In this document: in pieces, positions 43,001 to 54,663 of the stretch | Layout: each line of letters starts with the position of its first letter | Numbering within the stretch: position 1 is the first letter of the stretch | Source of the DNA: Octopus sinensis | Taxonomy: Eukaryota | DNA length: 64,000 nucleotides | Assembly: GCF_006345805.1 (NCBI RefSeq) | Contig: NC_043015.1 | Coordinates: forward strand, 38,626,001-38,690,000 | Direction: 5' to 3' | Position numbers and translations under genes: made by a program | The notes under the pieces: generated by a model | Databases searched by the model: none | What the model saw: only the letters and a program-made list of their open reading frames with translations | Told to the model about the DNA's origin: nothing

Positions 43001-46000
43001 AGATACACGTATACAAACATATACATATATCATATACCAACATACACGCCTTTGGTCCTCAACTTCTTAATGGAGTCATAAAGGAGATATCATTACATGG
43101 TGTGTCTTGGACAGAAAGAGAGAGAAGAATCAACTCCAATACTGGATTGGAACACTGGAACTTTATTTATCAAATCCCAAAAGGATGACAGGTGAAATAG
43201 ACCTCACCTGGATTTGAACTCAGAGTGTAAGAGAGCCAAAACACAAAAGTAATATATTCAACTCTCTAAAGACTCCGTCAACTGGTTACCTTACTGACAT
43301 ACATAAGACATGTACACACAGGTAGGCACATTTTAGTAGAGAGTCTGTTTTAATGTAGATATACACAGACACACACACACACCCCAGTGCATGCTTTAAC
43401 ACAAAAGAAGATCTACTTTACTTTAGGCGGGAGTTGCCCAGATACAAACGAGCGTCCGTAGATACTAGTGACGTGTCCGACATCAGTCAAAGTGACAGGT
43501 TTCAGGTATTTCACAGGTTCTGATCTCACGTACACCTCACCACCACCTTTAGGATAGTAACCCCTGAAAAATTGAGTGAGAGCACGAAACAATAAAGATA
43601 TAAAAAATATTTATTTTAAGGGATTTTGAAGGGTAATCTTAAAGAACAGCTGAAGTGTCAGGTAAGAAATACTTCAGGCGCAGGCATGGCTGTGTGGTAA
43701 GAATCTTGCTTCCCAACTACATGGTTCCAGGTTCAGTCCCACTGCGTGGCACCTTAGGGCAGTGTCTTATACTAACATAACGTCAGATGAAATACCGCTA
43801 AGCATTTTGCCCGGTGTGCTAACCTTTCTGCCAGCTCGCCACCTTTTTAAATTCTTTTGTTATCATAATTCTGTTGAAATATACTATATTTCTTTCAATT
43901 AATTTTAGAAATAATCAAAACTTTGATTTAGATCACTTTAAAACAGGAAGGTTCTTATTTCTTTATTGCCCACCAGGGGCTAAACACAGAGGGGATAAAC
44001 AAGGACAGACAAGGGGATTAAGCCGATTACATCAACCCCAGTGTGTAACTGGTACTTAATGGCGACGAGCTGGCAGAAACATTAGCATGCCGGGCAAAAT
44101 TCTTAACGGTATTTCATCCGCCATTACGTTCTGAGTTCAAATTCCGCCGAGGTCGACTTTGCCTTTCATCCTTTCAGGGTCGATAAATTAAGTACAGTTA
44201 CGCACTGGGGTCGATGTAATCGACTTAACCCCTTTGTCTGTCCTTGTTTGTACCCTCTGTGTGTAACCCCTTGTGGGTGGTAAAGAAATAGGTACTTAAT
44301 TTATCAACCCCAAAAGGATGAAAGGCAAAGTCGACCTCGACGGAATTTGTACCCAGAACATAACGGCAGACAAAATACCGCTAAGCATTTCGCCCGGTGT
44401 GCTAACGATTCTGCCAGCTCGCCGCCTTAAACAGGAAACAGAAAGTTTCAATCAAAGATACCTGAGTCAGTTTCAGGTGGATTGGTATCAAGAGTTAAAT
44501 TGATATTTAATATTGGTTTCAGATTTTGGCACAAGGCCAGCAACTTTCTGGGGTCAGTCAATTACATCAAACCCAGTGCTCAAATTCTAATTATTTTATT
44601 CACCCCGTAAGGACGAAAGGCAAACTCAGTATTTGATATTCATATATACATTCTTCTGTTGACTGAACACAAGAAAATAATACAGCTGATTGAATTGACT
44701 TCCAGTATATTACTGGTATTTGATTTTATCATTCTTCTTTCTTGTCTCACATCCCATGGATCTTTGCGGCTGAGCCGATATCCATGCGATGGAAAGAAAG
44801 AGAAGAAAAGGATAGGAAAAAAAAGTGAATAAGTAAACGGCATTACCTTCGTTCAATATCACAATCGAAATATAAACCAAATTTTGCAGCAATTGGTTTA
44901 AACACCTGTAAAAGAAAACAAGAGACTTTTCAACTAACAGCAAAAAATATATTTTACCAAACACAAGAGCTGTAATCACCAACTGCAATATATATTTCTT
45001 TATTGCCCACAAGGGGCTAAACATAGAGGGGGACAACAAGGACAGACAAAGGGATTAAGTTGATTACATCGACCCCAGTGCATAACTGGTACTTAATTTA
45101 TCGACCCCGAAAGGATGAAAGGCAAAGTCAACCTCGGCGGAATTTGAACTCGGAACGTAACGACAGACGAAATACGGCTACGCATTTCACCCGGCGTGCT
45201 AACGGTTCTGCCAGCTTGCCGCCAACAAAAACCTTATAGCATGAATAAAAGAATAGATAAAAAAAAATATGGAAAAGGGTGGAAAAAAATATGAAAATAA
45301 ACAAACCAAAAGCTGGTAATCAATTTGGGGGGCCATTTCTGCATTGGTGCCCCCTAACAACCGTAGTTCAATACTCCCATTGCCAAACACCATACAAGGG
45401 ACAGCAGCTTGCATCAGCAGACATACACTCCTGGAAAAATAAGGAAAATAATAATAATAATAATAATAGGAATGATAGTAAAAAGGTGCTGATTCCTCAG
45501 ATACCAGGAAACCCCAAAATGGCAGAAATTCAAAAGATAGTGCTCATAGAAACTGCCCATATCCTACATAAAATACTGTCTATGTAATCTCAAATTTTAA
45601 AACAAACACATAATTTTCTTGTTTTTCTTAAGCATTCTCTAGAACAATACTATTGTGCAAAACCAAATATATGACACCCACGGCATAACACAGATATGAA
45701 CTTTTAATTTGTTGTCTTTAGAGGTCTCTGGGTGAGACTTGGGGTCAACTTGTACAAATACAAAGCAAAAGTCAAACATACAATAATAATCTTTTCTGCT
45801 ACAGACACAAGGACTGAAATTCTGCGGGAGAAGCTAATCAATTACATTGATACCAGTGCTTAATTGGTAATCATTTCATTGACCCCCGAAAGGATGAAAG
45901 AAAAGTCAACTTCAGCAGAATTTGAACTCAGAAAGGAAAGACCGACAAAATGCTTAATAGTATTTGGTTCAGCATGTTAACGGTTCTACCAGCTCACCAA

Positions 46001-49000
46001 TAGCAGAATCATTAGCTCACTGGACAAAATAATAATAATTTCTCACATTTAAACCCAGTGCATAACTGGTACTAATCTATTAATGCCAGCATACATATTA
46101 TAATAGTCAAAGACAACAGTGGCTAAATCTGAAATCACAACACAGAGTTGTGGGAATTAACAATGATGGTAATCTTCCTAGCTATTGTCATTCAAATGAT
46201 GCTACCAGGTGGGACAAAGCCCAGCTATAAGAAGAGAACAGAACCAGGGAGATCTTATCCCCCAAAAAGTAGGGTGGAGGGAAAGGCGGTTTGTTTTCTT
46301 CTCAAGCCATGCCTGGCTCATAAGGGCCGGTTTCCCGATTTCCTTGGCGTATAGGTTCCCCACCTGGACGGGACACCGGTCTGTCGCAGGTGAGCTGCAA
46401 GATGCAGGAGGAAAGAGTGAGTGAAAGTTGTGGCGAAAGAGTCAGCAGACGTTCAGCATTACCTTCTGCCTGAGCAGCGTGGAGCTTAGGTGTTTCGCTC
46501 ATAAACACACACATCGCCCGGTCTGAGATTCGAACCCGTGATCCCTCGATCACGAGTTCGCTGCTCTAACCACTAGGCCATGTGCCTCCACCAAAGGCGG
46601 TTTGCTGCAGATACTATCCACAGAAATTAAAGTGAACCTTTGCAGCAATGATGAAGACATGGTCATCATGTACAAGCTGATGTGAAGCACAGCATGGGGA
46701 CAGACGAAAAAGAGATACAAAGTAAAATGGTATTTGTCAAAAGTAGGTAGGAACTAACAAAAGGGATTGTAAGTGGTATACTTCAGTTGCTCAATATAAT
46801 CCTTCCAAATTCACGCAGCGTCCTTCAAAACTTCCATGCTTCCTGAGATTCGCCCAGCGTCCTTCAAAACTTCCATGCTTCCTGAGATTCGCCAACACTA
46901 CACCTGATTTTCTCTCCTCCATACACACAAGCAAGCATCTATCTGACTCATACACTGTTCGCTTTCCAGACATTTGTACATTACTGCATATGCTTTATAC
47001 GCACTTTTGACAAGTTGTGGTACACCTGAGCACTGGATACAATAATTCCATCATTATTATTATTATAATAACAAAATTTCCCTTCGTAAATTATGTATGG
47101 AAGTTCAAAAGTACAAATGAAACAATATAAACACATATAACAATGAAAAGAAGCTGAAAGGAACGTTGTCGGTCGGTACCCATTACATACCCAGCAGTTT
47201 GTGTATCAGCTTCATAACGACCAGCTTTGACAGTAGCAGGATAAAACGTGATTTCAGTGGAGCCAATTGTGGCACCGTCCAGCCTTCCGTTAGACATAGC
47301 ACTGATTAACTTTATTCCAGTCATATGTTGAGATCTGCAAGAAAGGGCAGAGAGAAAAGGGTAAAAAGATTCAATGTTTATACTCATAGTGAATATTAAA
47401 TATACATGTGTTATATATATATATGTATATATATGGTCTTAAAAGTCATCCAAGGGCTCATTAATGGAAAGGAAGGATTGTGCTGTGTGATGAGGTGTGG
47501 TGTGTATGTTGATAGGACAGCTATCATCTGTCACAATGAAGCAATCATCATATATATTTAGACACACCTGGTGAATATTATGCATATATAACGTGTTGAA
47601 TATATACACCTGATGAATATTAAATATGTATGCATGAATGTTGAATATATAATCATGGTGAATATTAAATACATGCCATTGCCAGTACCACCTGACTGGC
47701 CCTTGTGCTGGTGGTACGTAAAAGCACCCACTACACTCATGGAGTGGTTGGCATTAGGAAGGGCATCCAGCTGTAGAAATTCTGCCAGATCAGATTGGAG
47801 CCAGGTGCAGCCATCTGGTTCGCCAGACCTCAGTCAAATCGTCCAACCCATGCCAGCATGGAAAGCGAACATTAAATGATGATGATGAATATTAAATATG
47901 TGTATATAATGAGTGCTGAACACACACACATATATACATTGGGTGAATTTTAAGTATATAAGTGTAGTAAGTGTTCTGTTCAGTCACAAGTCAGCTTTGA
48001 TCTAGCAAACCTATGACCAAAGAACTTTGAGTCAAGATCATTTCATCCATTTTTTTTCCAGACATTCCGTATCTAGGGCTAGATTACTTAATGTCCATTT
48101 GCTTTATTTAAAAAGGATAAATTGTGTGTGATTTTGAAGGCCTTTCAAGGTTCATCATCTCAAGATTGGTGGGACTGATGTGACTGATTGCTCAGCCTGA
48201 ATGTCACCAAGTCACGGCTGCTGCAAAAACCAAGAGTCAGGCTTGAAATCCATGGAACAGAACGGACATTCCTAAAGGCATCCAGAGACCAGGTTAACGT
48301 TTTAAGTGTAGCATTCCATGTACATGTGAAGGCATGAGGCCTAGGAGTTAGAGTGTTGCAACCAAGATTGCAAGATCAGGTTTTCAATTCCCAGACCAGG
48401 CAGTGCATTGTGTTCTTGAGCAAAACACTCCATTTCACGTTGCTCTGGTCCACTCCACTGTGAATAAGTAAACCTTGTGAGGGACTGGCACCAGGTTTAG
48501 AGGGAATATTGTGATCTCAGTCGTTTACACACCATGGTAAACAAGTAGGTGACCCTATGAATGCTACAACACGAGACAGTAATGGCCAGGGCTTGATGAT
48601 GATGAGGACAATGATGATGATGGCAATGATTTCAATGGATGTAGGTGAGAGAGTAAATTAAGAAAGTAAAAAACAAGGTGTATAAATTACCGTAATCCTG
48701 CATTGCTTCGTCCAGCTCGTATATTCCATACTCTGACCGGTCGTCGTAAAAGGCAACTAAAGGCAATAGCATTACGGAGTATTTGACCACCCTACAATAA
48801 AAAGGGAGAAAAAGTCATAAATAGATCAAGATTCCAAGATACATCAGTGGATAAAGGAATCAGTAGAGTATTTGAACAAAACAGCTTGTGGTGCTTCTGA
48901 AAGTAAGGACCAAAAACAATGTATTTCTCAAAATGTCCAGTGGTATTTGGGTTGACCACTGGGAGTTGCTTGAAAACAATTGTTTCATTCTGAATTTATT

Positions 49001-52000
49001 TCATTGGATTAAATTATTTTTATCATACAATATCACTGTAGTAGGTATAGTTAGCAATCAGATCATTATATCCATTGTTGCAATAAACACACACAACACC
49101 CGGTCTGGGAATCGAAACCGTGAGTCCGCTGCCCTAATCACTGGGCCATTGCACCTCCACATTGTTAAACTTACATCTACCTTTTTGTCTGGATAGTATA
49201 AGTTCCTTGTTTGCTTGTTCCAAAGTTTTTTTTGCTTTACTTTATCCAAGAAAGGACACTGGCCATAGCCTTTTTTATTTCTCAAGCTTTCCCAAACTAG
49301 TGAGATCAATGTGGTTTAACTTAAGTTTATAGAAACTGATGTATGTTCAACACTTTTCCTATTTAAATATCTTATATGTCTCTTCTTATGCTAGAAAGGT
49401 AAAACTCAGCAACTGTCAAAATTTAAATTTCAGAGTTAATAAAATAGGTACCAGTTGAATACTGGGTTCAATGTAATACACTAGCCCCTACCCCCAAAAT
49501 TTCAGGTCCTGTGCCTATAATAGAAAGGCATTATTATTATTATTCACCAAGGTCAACTTTACCTGTCATCCTTTTGTGGTCGATAAAATAAAGTACCAGT
49601 CAATGTAATTGACCAACCCCTTACTCTAAAAGTGCTGGCCTTGTGCCAAAATTTGAAACAAAGGTAGCAAAACGCTAAGTGGCAGTTCCTCCAAATCTTT
49701 ACGTTTCGAGTTCAAATCCAGCAGAGTTTAATTTTCTCTTTCACGTTTCCAGGATCGATAAAAAAAATTATCAGTCAAGTACTATAGTCGATAGTATCGC
49801 CTAGCCGCCCCACCACAAACTGCTAGCCTTGTGCCAAAATTTTAAACCATTATTTATTATTATTATTATTAAGACGGCGAGCTGGCAGAATCCTTAGCAC
49901 GCCAGACAAAACACCTATCGGCATTTCGTCCGTTTTTCGGGGTCAATAAATTAAGTACCAGTGAAATACTGAGGTCGATGTAATCGACTCCCCAAAATTT
50001 CAGGCCTTTGTGCCTACCTGTAGTAGAAAGGATTATTACCTCCGCCTTATTATTATTATTATTTACCACTATTTAAGAAGAAACTGTGTGATTTGAGGGA
50101 AATTTGACTGCAATTTCTTAGCAGGCTGAGGGACCATTTAAAGATTCCCTCCTGGTCTCACGAAGACGAGTATTTGGTAATGTCTATTAAACACGCAAAT
50201 AAAGAACGAACATTTTGTGACGTCAATGTTTTATTGTGTTCCTTAAAATGGTCGTTCTGATGTTATGTTAGCAACGGTTTGTTTCCAATAATCTTCAGGG
50301 ATTTCCAGTCAGTGCTCCCTGAGAATATTTTGTCTACAATGATGACATTTTCCTCCTGATTTCATAGAATCTGGCAACGAATACGTTATATGGGCTTATT
50401 ACACAAATATACATACATACATACACTTCGAAGTCTTTGGCAATAATATTCTTGTTTAAGAATATGTACTCTACAAAAGTAGCGAGTAACCCTTCAGATG
50501 AATGTAAAATTGTTTTTATTATAACTGAACATAAAAACAAACTGTGTGTGTGTCCACAGATTATAACAGAGTAAAGAAATGGTAAAAAAACCCAAAAACT
50601 TTTGGCAAGTTATATTAAACCATTAACTGCCAAATTTCTTGTATTCATATTTTTTGGCTTTCCCAGGAGTCTTCGGAGTTAAAATAATATATAGTATTTA
50701 AATTTTCTTCATATGAGAATTATTTTGGAAATTATGATAAATTTTTGGAAAAGTCCCAAATGGGGATTGCTGGAAAACCCCCCGCATATTTATCCTTTTC
50801 TATTCAATTGCAATAATAAACATTTTAGATTTTTTTTTTGTTTGTTTTCGGAAACTATAGAATCAAATGCGGAGGTTTATACGAAATATCAATGAATGAT
50901 GTAAATGGGAAGTGAAAAAAGAAACCTTTTCAAAACAGTCAATATTTTTGTAGTTCAAAAATTGCGATTTATTGCATAAAATGTCCTCTGGAATTAGCCA
51001 CAGCTAATAATGACAAACTTTAATTACTAAATATTGTTAAACACACCTCTGTAAATGCAATGGACATAAGCAATTCACTTTAAATGCAACGAACAACCGG
51101 CAGGGAGACTGTTTTTAGCAGATCCCCAAATGGGGCTCGTGGGAGGCAATGGGTTAAACATCTTCTTCTGCGGTTGTTCGAAATGTCGAGACCAGAATAA
51201 ATATAAAGATGGTATCTATGGACAAACATCTGAGTGTTCAAGAAATCCGCTGTGTCACCGCGATACACTAAGGTTTGAGATCCTGTTAGGCGGGACCGTG
51301 ATCGAGTACCTTCTACCGAACCTGGGAGTAATTTAAATCTTATTTCTTTCCTGCCCACAAGGGGCTACACACAGAGGGGACAAACAGGGACAGGCAAACG
51401 GATTAAGTCGATTATGTCGACCCAGTGCGTAACTGGTACTTATTAAAAACTGTGTAGACGGAAACTGCACAGAACGAAAGCCGTTGGAAAACGAACCAAC
51501 AACGAAACCTCCCTCGAAATTCACCCAACCGTCTTTAGATCTTTTCCCTACCTGACAACAACAAAGGCGATGATGATGGAAATATACGTGGAAATAGAAA
51601 CTAAGAACCGGCATATCAAAGGGCCCTGTCAGAAAAGGATCGAAACCGGTAGGTTTCATCTTCACCTGACTTTATAGGGCTCCATGGCAAGCCGATGAGG
51701 AAGCCTCTAAATGCTAGAACTAGCAACCAAATCACCAAATCTCAAAAATCACACATCGCTGGTTTTATAAAGAAAGGACACATTGGATGATGTCTGAAAA
51801 CAAAGGACGGGAGGATTATGGTTGGACCGCCTTTTATTCTAGTTCCCTTCGAGCAGGGATCGGCCTAAAGTCAAACAATCCCAATAACCTCTTTACGGTG
51901 GTTCTGTGATACGAAGGCAAGAAATGGGAGAGAAATTAAAAGATGGAAACCTGAGAAAAGAAAACCGGTAAATGAAAGAAGGTGGGAACATTTGGTTCGG

Positions 52001-52139
52001 AACTCTGGAACGGGATCAAATGAATGGACGATAAAAGGAAATTAAAATAACAATGAGAAGAAGAAAGGAAAAAGAATCGTGTACTCACACCTTCGTAGAT
52101 GGAACCATCGATTTGAAGAATCTCCTCAGATGTTGTCAT
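37071..52139 (-). CDS. RTCA: RNA 3'-terminal phosphate cyclase, 11 exons, 1080 nt, 359 aa
   Basis: [60 protein letters not shown], catalytic-His motif TLHTETA and ECEGIG match human RTCA rather than RCL1; all junctions are in-frame GT-AG. Confidence 0.97.
37230..37620 (-). mobile_element. non-autonomous Helitron-like element
   Basis: Minus strand starts TC(TC)TATATAAAG and ends in a GC-rich subterminal segment plus CTAG|T; the same 5' end recurs at about 52330-52610. Confidence 0.55.
38244..38348 (-). CDS. RTCA: RTCA exon 10
   Basis: [35 protein letters not shown]. Confidence 0.96.
38890..39225. repeat. degenerate minisatellite in RTCA intron 9
   Basis: GCAGAGAGGTCCTCACTCACCAAAGTGCAGCTGAGGAGGT repeated at about 38899 and 39020, with further (G/A)TCCTCACTC subunits. 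Confidence 0.75.
39303..39397 (-). CDS. RTCA: RTCA exon 9
   Basis: [31 protein letters not shown]. Confidence 0.95.
40309..40531 (-). mobile_element. full-length young family A SINE
   Basis: Intact head to tail, CpGs retained, flanked by the perfect direct repeat TTACCTAGAGTACTTAATC. Confidence 0.9.
40771..40829 (-). CDS. RTCA: RTCA exon 8
   Basis: [19 protein letters not shown]. Confidence 0.95.
41930..42045 (-). CDS. RTCA: RTCA exon 7
   Basis: [38 protein letters not shown]. Confidence 0.93.
42250..42466. mobile_element. mariner-type MITE
   Basis: TIR-like ends CAAGGAGGTTCTGAAAAGTTCCTGGCTTT / AAAGACAGGAGCTTTTCAGGCCCCCTCG; TA at the left. Confidence 0.65.
43422..43563 (-). CDS. RTCA: RTCA exon 6
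   Basis: [47 protein letters not shown]. Confidence 0.96.
43956..44429. mobile_element. family A SINE inserted antiparallel into another family A SINE
   Basis: Plus copy 44061-44290 flanked by the direct repeat GGTACTTAAT inside a minus copy. Confidence 0.85.
44847..44905 (-). CDS. RTCA: RTCA exon 5
   Basis: [19 protein letters not shown]. Confidence 0.95.
45307..45430 (-). CDS. RTCA: RTCA exon 4
   Basis: [41 protein letters not shown]. Confidence 0.96.
45469..45790 (+). mobile_element. 5'-truncated R4/Dong-like non-LTR retrotransposon 3' end
   Basis: [24 protein letters not shown]-stop resembles the C-terminus of REL-endonuclease elements (..QK.VLLGTA.ILRKVL); (AAT)n on both sides. Confidence 0.6.
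47191..47334 (-). CDS. RTCA: RTCA exon 3
   Basis: [47 protein letters not shown]. Confidence 0.96.
48691..48791 (-). CDS. RTCA: RTCA exon 2
   Basis: [33 protein letters not shown]. Confidence 0.96.
52089..52139 (-). CDS. RTCA: RTCA exon 1
   Basis: [17 protein letters not shown]|gtgagt. Confidence 0.93.
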
Positions 52140-52350
52140 GATCGATGACGAGGAAGAACTGGTTTACGTTCGAGTTGGTGCTACACCGCAAGAGGGAGAG
52201 TCTGAGGTGGAAATCAGTGGTGGTAGGAGGTGTCGTAGCGATAGCAGTAGTTCAGTTGCATATCCAGAAAAGGCCGTGGCGATAGCAGTGGTAGCAGTTA
52301 CACGACGAGTGTGTGACAGGAGAGATAATCCCTCTCTATATAAAGCTGAA

Positions 52351-52570
52351 GAAGGCGGCGAGCTTGGCAGAAGCGTTAGCACGCCGGGCGAAATGCTTAG
52401 CGGTATTTCGTCCGCCAGTACGTTCTGATTTCAAATTCCGCCGAGGTCGACTTTGCATTTCATCCTTTCGGGGTCGATAAATTAAGTACCAGTTACGCAC
52501 TGGGGTCGATTTAATCGACTTAATTCGTTTGTCTATCTTTGTTTGTCCTACCCTTATGGGTAGTAAAGAA
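52351..52570 (+). mobile_element. well-preserved family A SINE upstream of RTCA
   Basis: AAGGCGGCGAGC..GTTCTGATTTCAAATTCCGCC head through the AAAGAAATA tail. Confidence 0.85.
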
Positions 52571-52610
52571 ATAGGTTTGGTAGCCTTCAACTAACACTAT
52601 CTCCTATTTG

Positions 52611-52868
52611 ACCAGAAATAGAATCCAAATCGCCCTCAAAACATCCTGCCTTGGGTCTTAATAACGACCTACCGTTTTAAATGAATAAAAAAAGATACAT
52701 CTAATAATTTTTTCCTCTATAGGCTCTAAAGGATGGAGACGTAGGAGCCCCTACATGGTCATTAGACCTGCCAGAAATAGTATCCAAATCAACCTCAAAA
52801 CATCCTGCTTTGGATCTTAATAATGACCTACTGTTTTAGATTTTAAAAAAAAGATACATCTGATAATC
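52611..52868. repeat. diverged tandem duplication (about 160-bp period)
   Basis: CCAGAAATAG.ATCCAAATC..CCTCAAAACATCCTGC.TTGG.TCTTAATAA.GACCTAC occurs twice. Confidence 0.75.
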
Positions 52869-53512
52869 CTTTCCCGTGTGGTAAGTAGCTTGTTTATGAA
52901 CCACATGGTTACGGGTTCAGTCCCACTGCGTGGCACCTTGGGCAAGTGTCTTCTACTATAGCCTTGGGCCGACCAAAGCCTTGTGAGTGGATTTGGTAGA
53001 CGGAAACTGAAAGCCCGTCGTATATATGTATATATATACATATGTGTGTGTGTTTGTCCCCCCAACATCGCTTGACAACCGATGCTGGTGTGTTTACGTC
53101 CCCGTCACTTAGCGGTTCGGCAAAAAAGACCGATAAAATAAGTACTAGGCTTACAAAGAATAAGTCCTGGGGTCGACTAAAGGCGGTGCTCCAGCATGGC
53201 CACAGTCAAGTGACTGAAACAAGTAAAAGAGTAAAATAGTAAAGATTATATGTGCAAGGCCTGAAATTTTTGGGGAAAAGACGTTAGCCGATTACATCGA
53301 CCCCAGTGCTCAACTGGTACTTATTTTATCGATCTCGTAAAGCAAAGTCGACCTCGGCGGAATTCGAACTTAGTAAATCCGGACGAATTACACATGGTCC
53401 GGCGTGTTTAATGATTCTGCCGGATCGCTGTTTTAAGGCATCGCTTAATGAACTTCTAGATACATAGTCATGAAGATTTACCGTTACATAATATACAATC
53501 AATAGAAAGAAA

Positions 53513-53920
53513 GGATCTTTCGGTTTGAACGACAGTTCTTTCTAGCGGTGTCATATGAAATTGTCACCCATAATTATGACCCTAGTATCGATCTATTGCA
53601 TTTCAATGTTTTAGGGTTAGGGTTAGGGGTGAGGAGGAAGGGTATCTTTTTTTCTTCAGAAATGTAAATAAACCCAATCTGTTTCTTAAACGAGGGACAT
53701 ATTCATACGACACAGAATGTTTTTTACCTCAATAGATGTCATTGATTGGTTGAAATTACAGAAAAAAACAACAAATATCTTACAAACTATAGAATTTTCT
53801 CAATAAAGCCAAGAGAAAAAAGATGTTTTATAAACACATTCTACCAGTGTACGAAGTTTAAAAGTGTTTAGTTACGTGGAAATTATATTAAAAAAACTGC
53901 CGTTCAAACTGAAAAGATCC
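53513..53920. mobile_element. GGATCTTT-ended non-autonomous DNA element with an internal (TTAGGG)-like tract
   Basis: TIR GGATCTTT-CGGTTTGAACGACAG / CTGCCGTTCAAACTGAAAAGATCC; TTAGGGTTAGGGTTAGGG at about 53611. Confidence 0.75.
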
Positions 53921-53959
53921 CGAAAGATCCTCTCCCCGTCCTTTCTACCTTTAAAGACC

Positions 53960-54093
53960 CGAGTCTTTCATTCTCACCTTTACCGCCCCACCCACAATTA
54001 ACGTCCACGCCCCCACCTTACCTCCCCCTCCGCACTCGAGTCTCGTGGTTTCTCGCGAGATTTTCTCCCAGCCCAAACATTTCTGTTAGAAAC
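53960..54093 (+). promoter_or_regulatory. GC/CpG-rich promoter and 5'UTR with a TCTCGCGAGA palindrome
   Basis: GC-box-like CCGCCC and CACGCCCC; exact TCTCGCGAGA at 54051-54060, just upstream of the ATG at 54094. Confidence 0.6.
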
Positions 54094-54156
54094 ATGTCTG
54101 CTGTGCTGAAGCTGGTTCGTCTTCGACCAAACAACTTCGCAACACCTGCTTTCCGC
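54094..54156 (+). CDS. first coding exon of a probable mitochondrial-matrix protein (possibly DBT)
   Basis: aacATG context; MSAVLKLVRLRPNNFATPAFR is basic/hydrophobic with no acidic residue; consensus donor CGC|gtaagt. Confidence 0.7.
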
Positions 54157-54394
54157 GTAAGTTAACACCACATATCTTTTTTTCCTTTTAATTAATCATT
54201 TCTCGCCATAACTTAATTAATATTTCATTTTTTTTTTCTATTTTTTTTCTTGCGGTGTTTGTTCCGACTCTTAAGTCCCCGAGTTCGAATCACGCCGAGG
54301 TCAACTTAGCTTTGTCGCCTCCGGGGGGGGGGTCGATGTTTATCAACTAAACCACTCTCCTCTCAAAATTGTCCATCTTGTGTACCAAACCAGA

Positions 54395-54663
54395 GTTACT
54401 ACATGAGAACAGTGGTACCCGGTGCGCGCACTCGTGTAGTTGCGCATCCGCGCTAGCTAGCCGTGACTAGTCGATCCTACAACGACCACCCACCTTAGCA
54501 AAGTAAATAAAACAAAAAATAAATAAATTTGTTTACACAAAGTAAATAATTGTTAAACAAAGTAAATAAAACACAAAGTAAGGATCGACTAGTCACGACT
54601 AGCTAGTGCGGATGCGCGTGTACGCGAGTGCGCGCACCGGGACCACTCTTCTCAAGGAGTACC
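54395..54663. mobile_element. Mutator (MULE)-type MITE
   Basis: TIRs of about 85 bp, CpG-rich; flanked by the direct repeat (C)CAAACCAGA (9-10 bp). Confidence 0.8.

Noticed and set aside
53611-53630. Telomeric TTAGGG repeats
   Set aside because: Only three units, internal to a TIR element.
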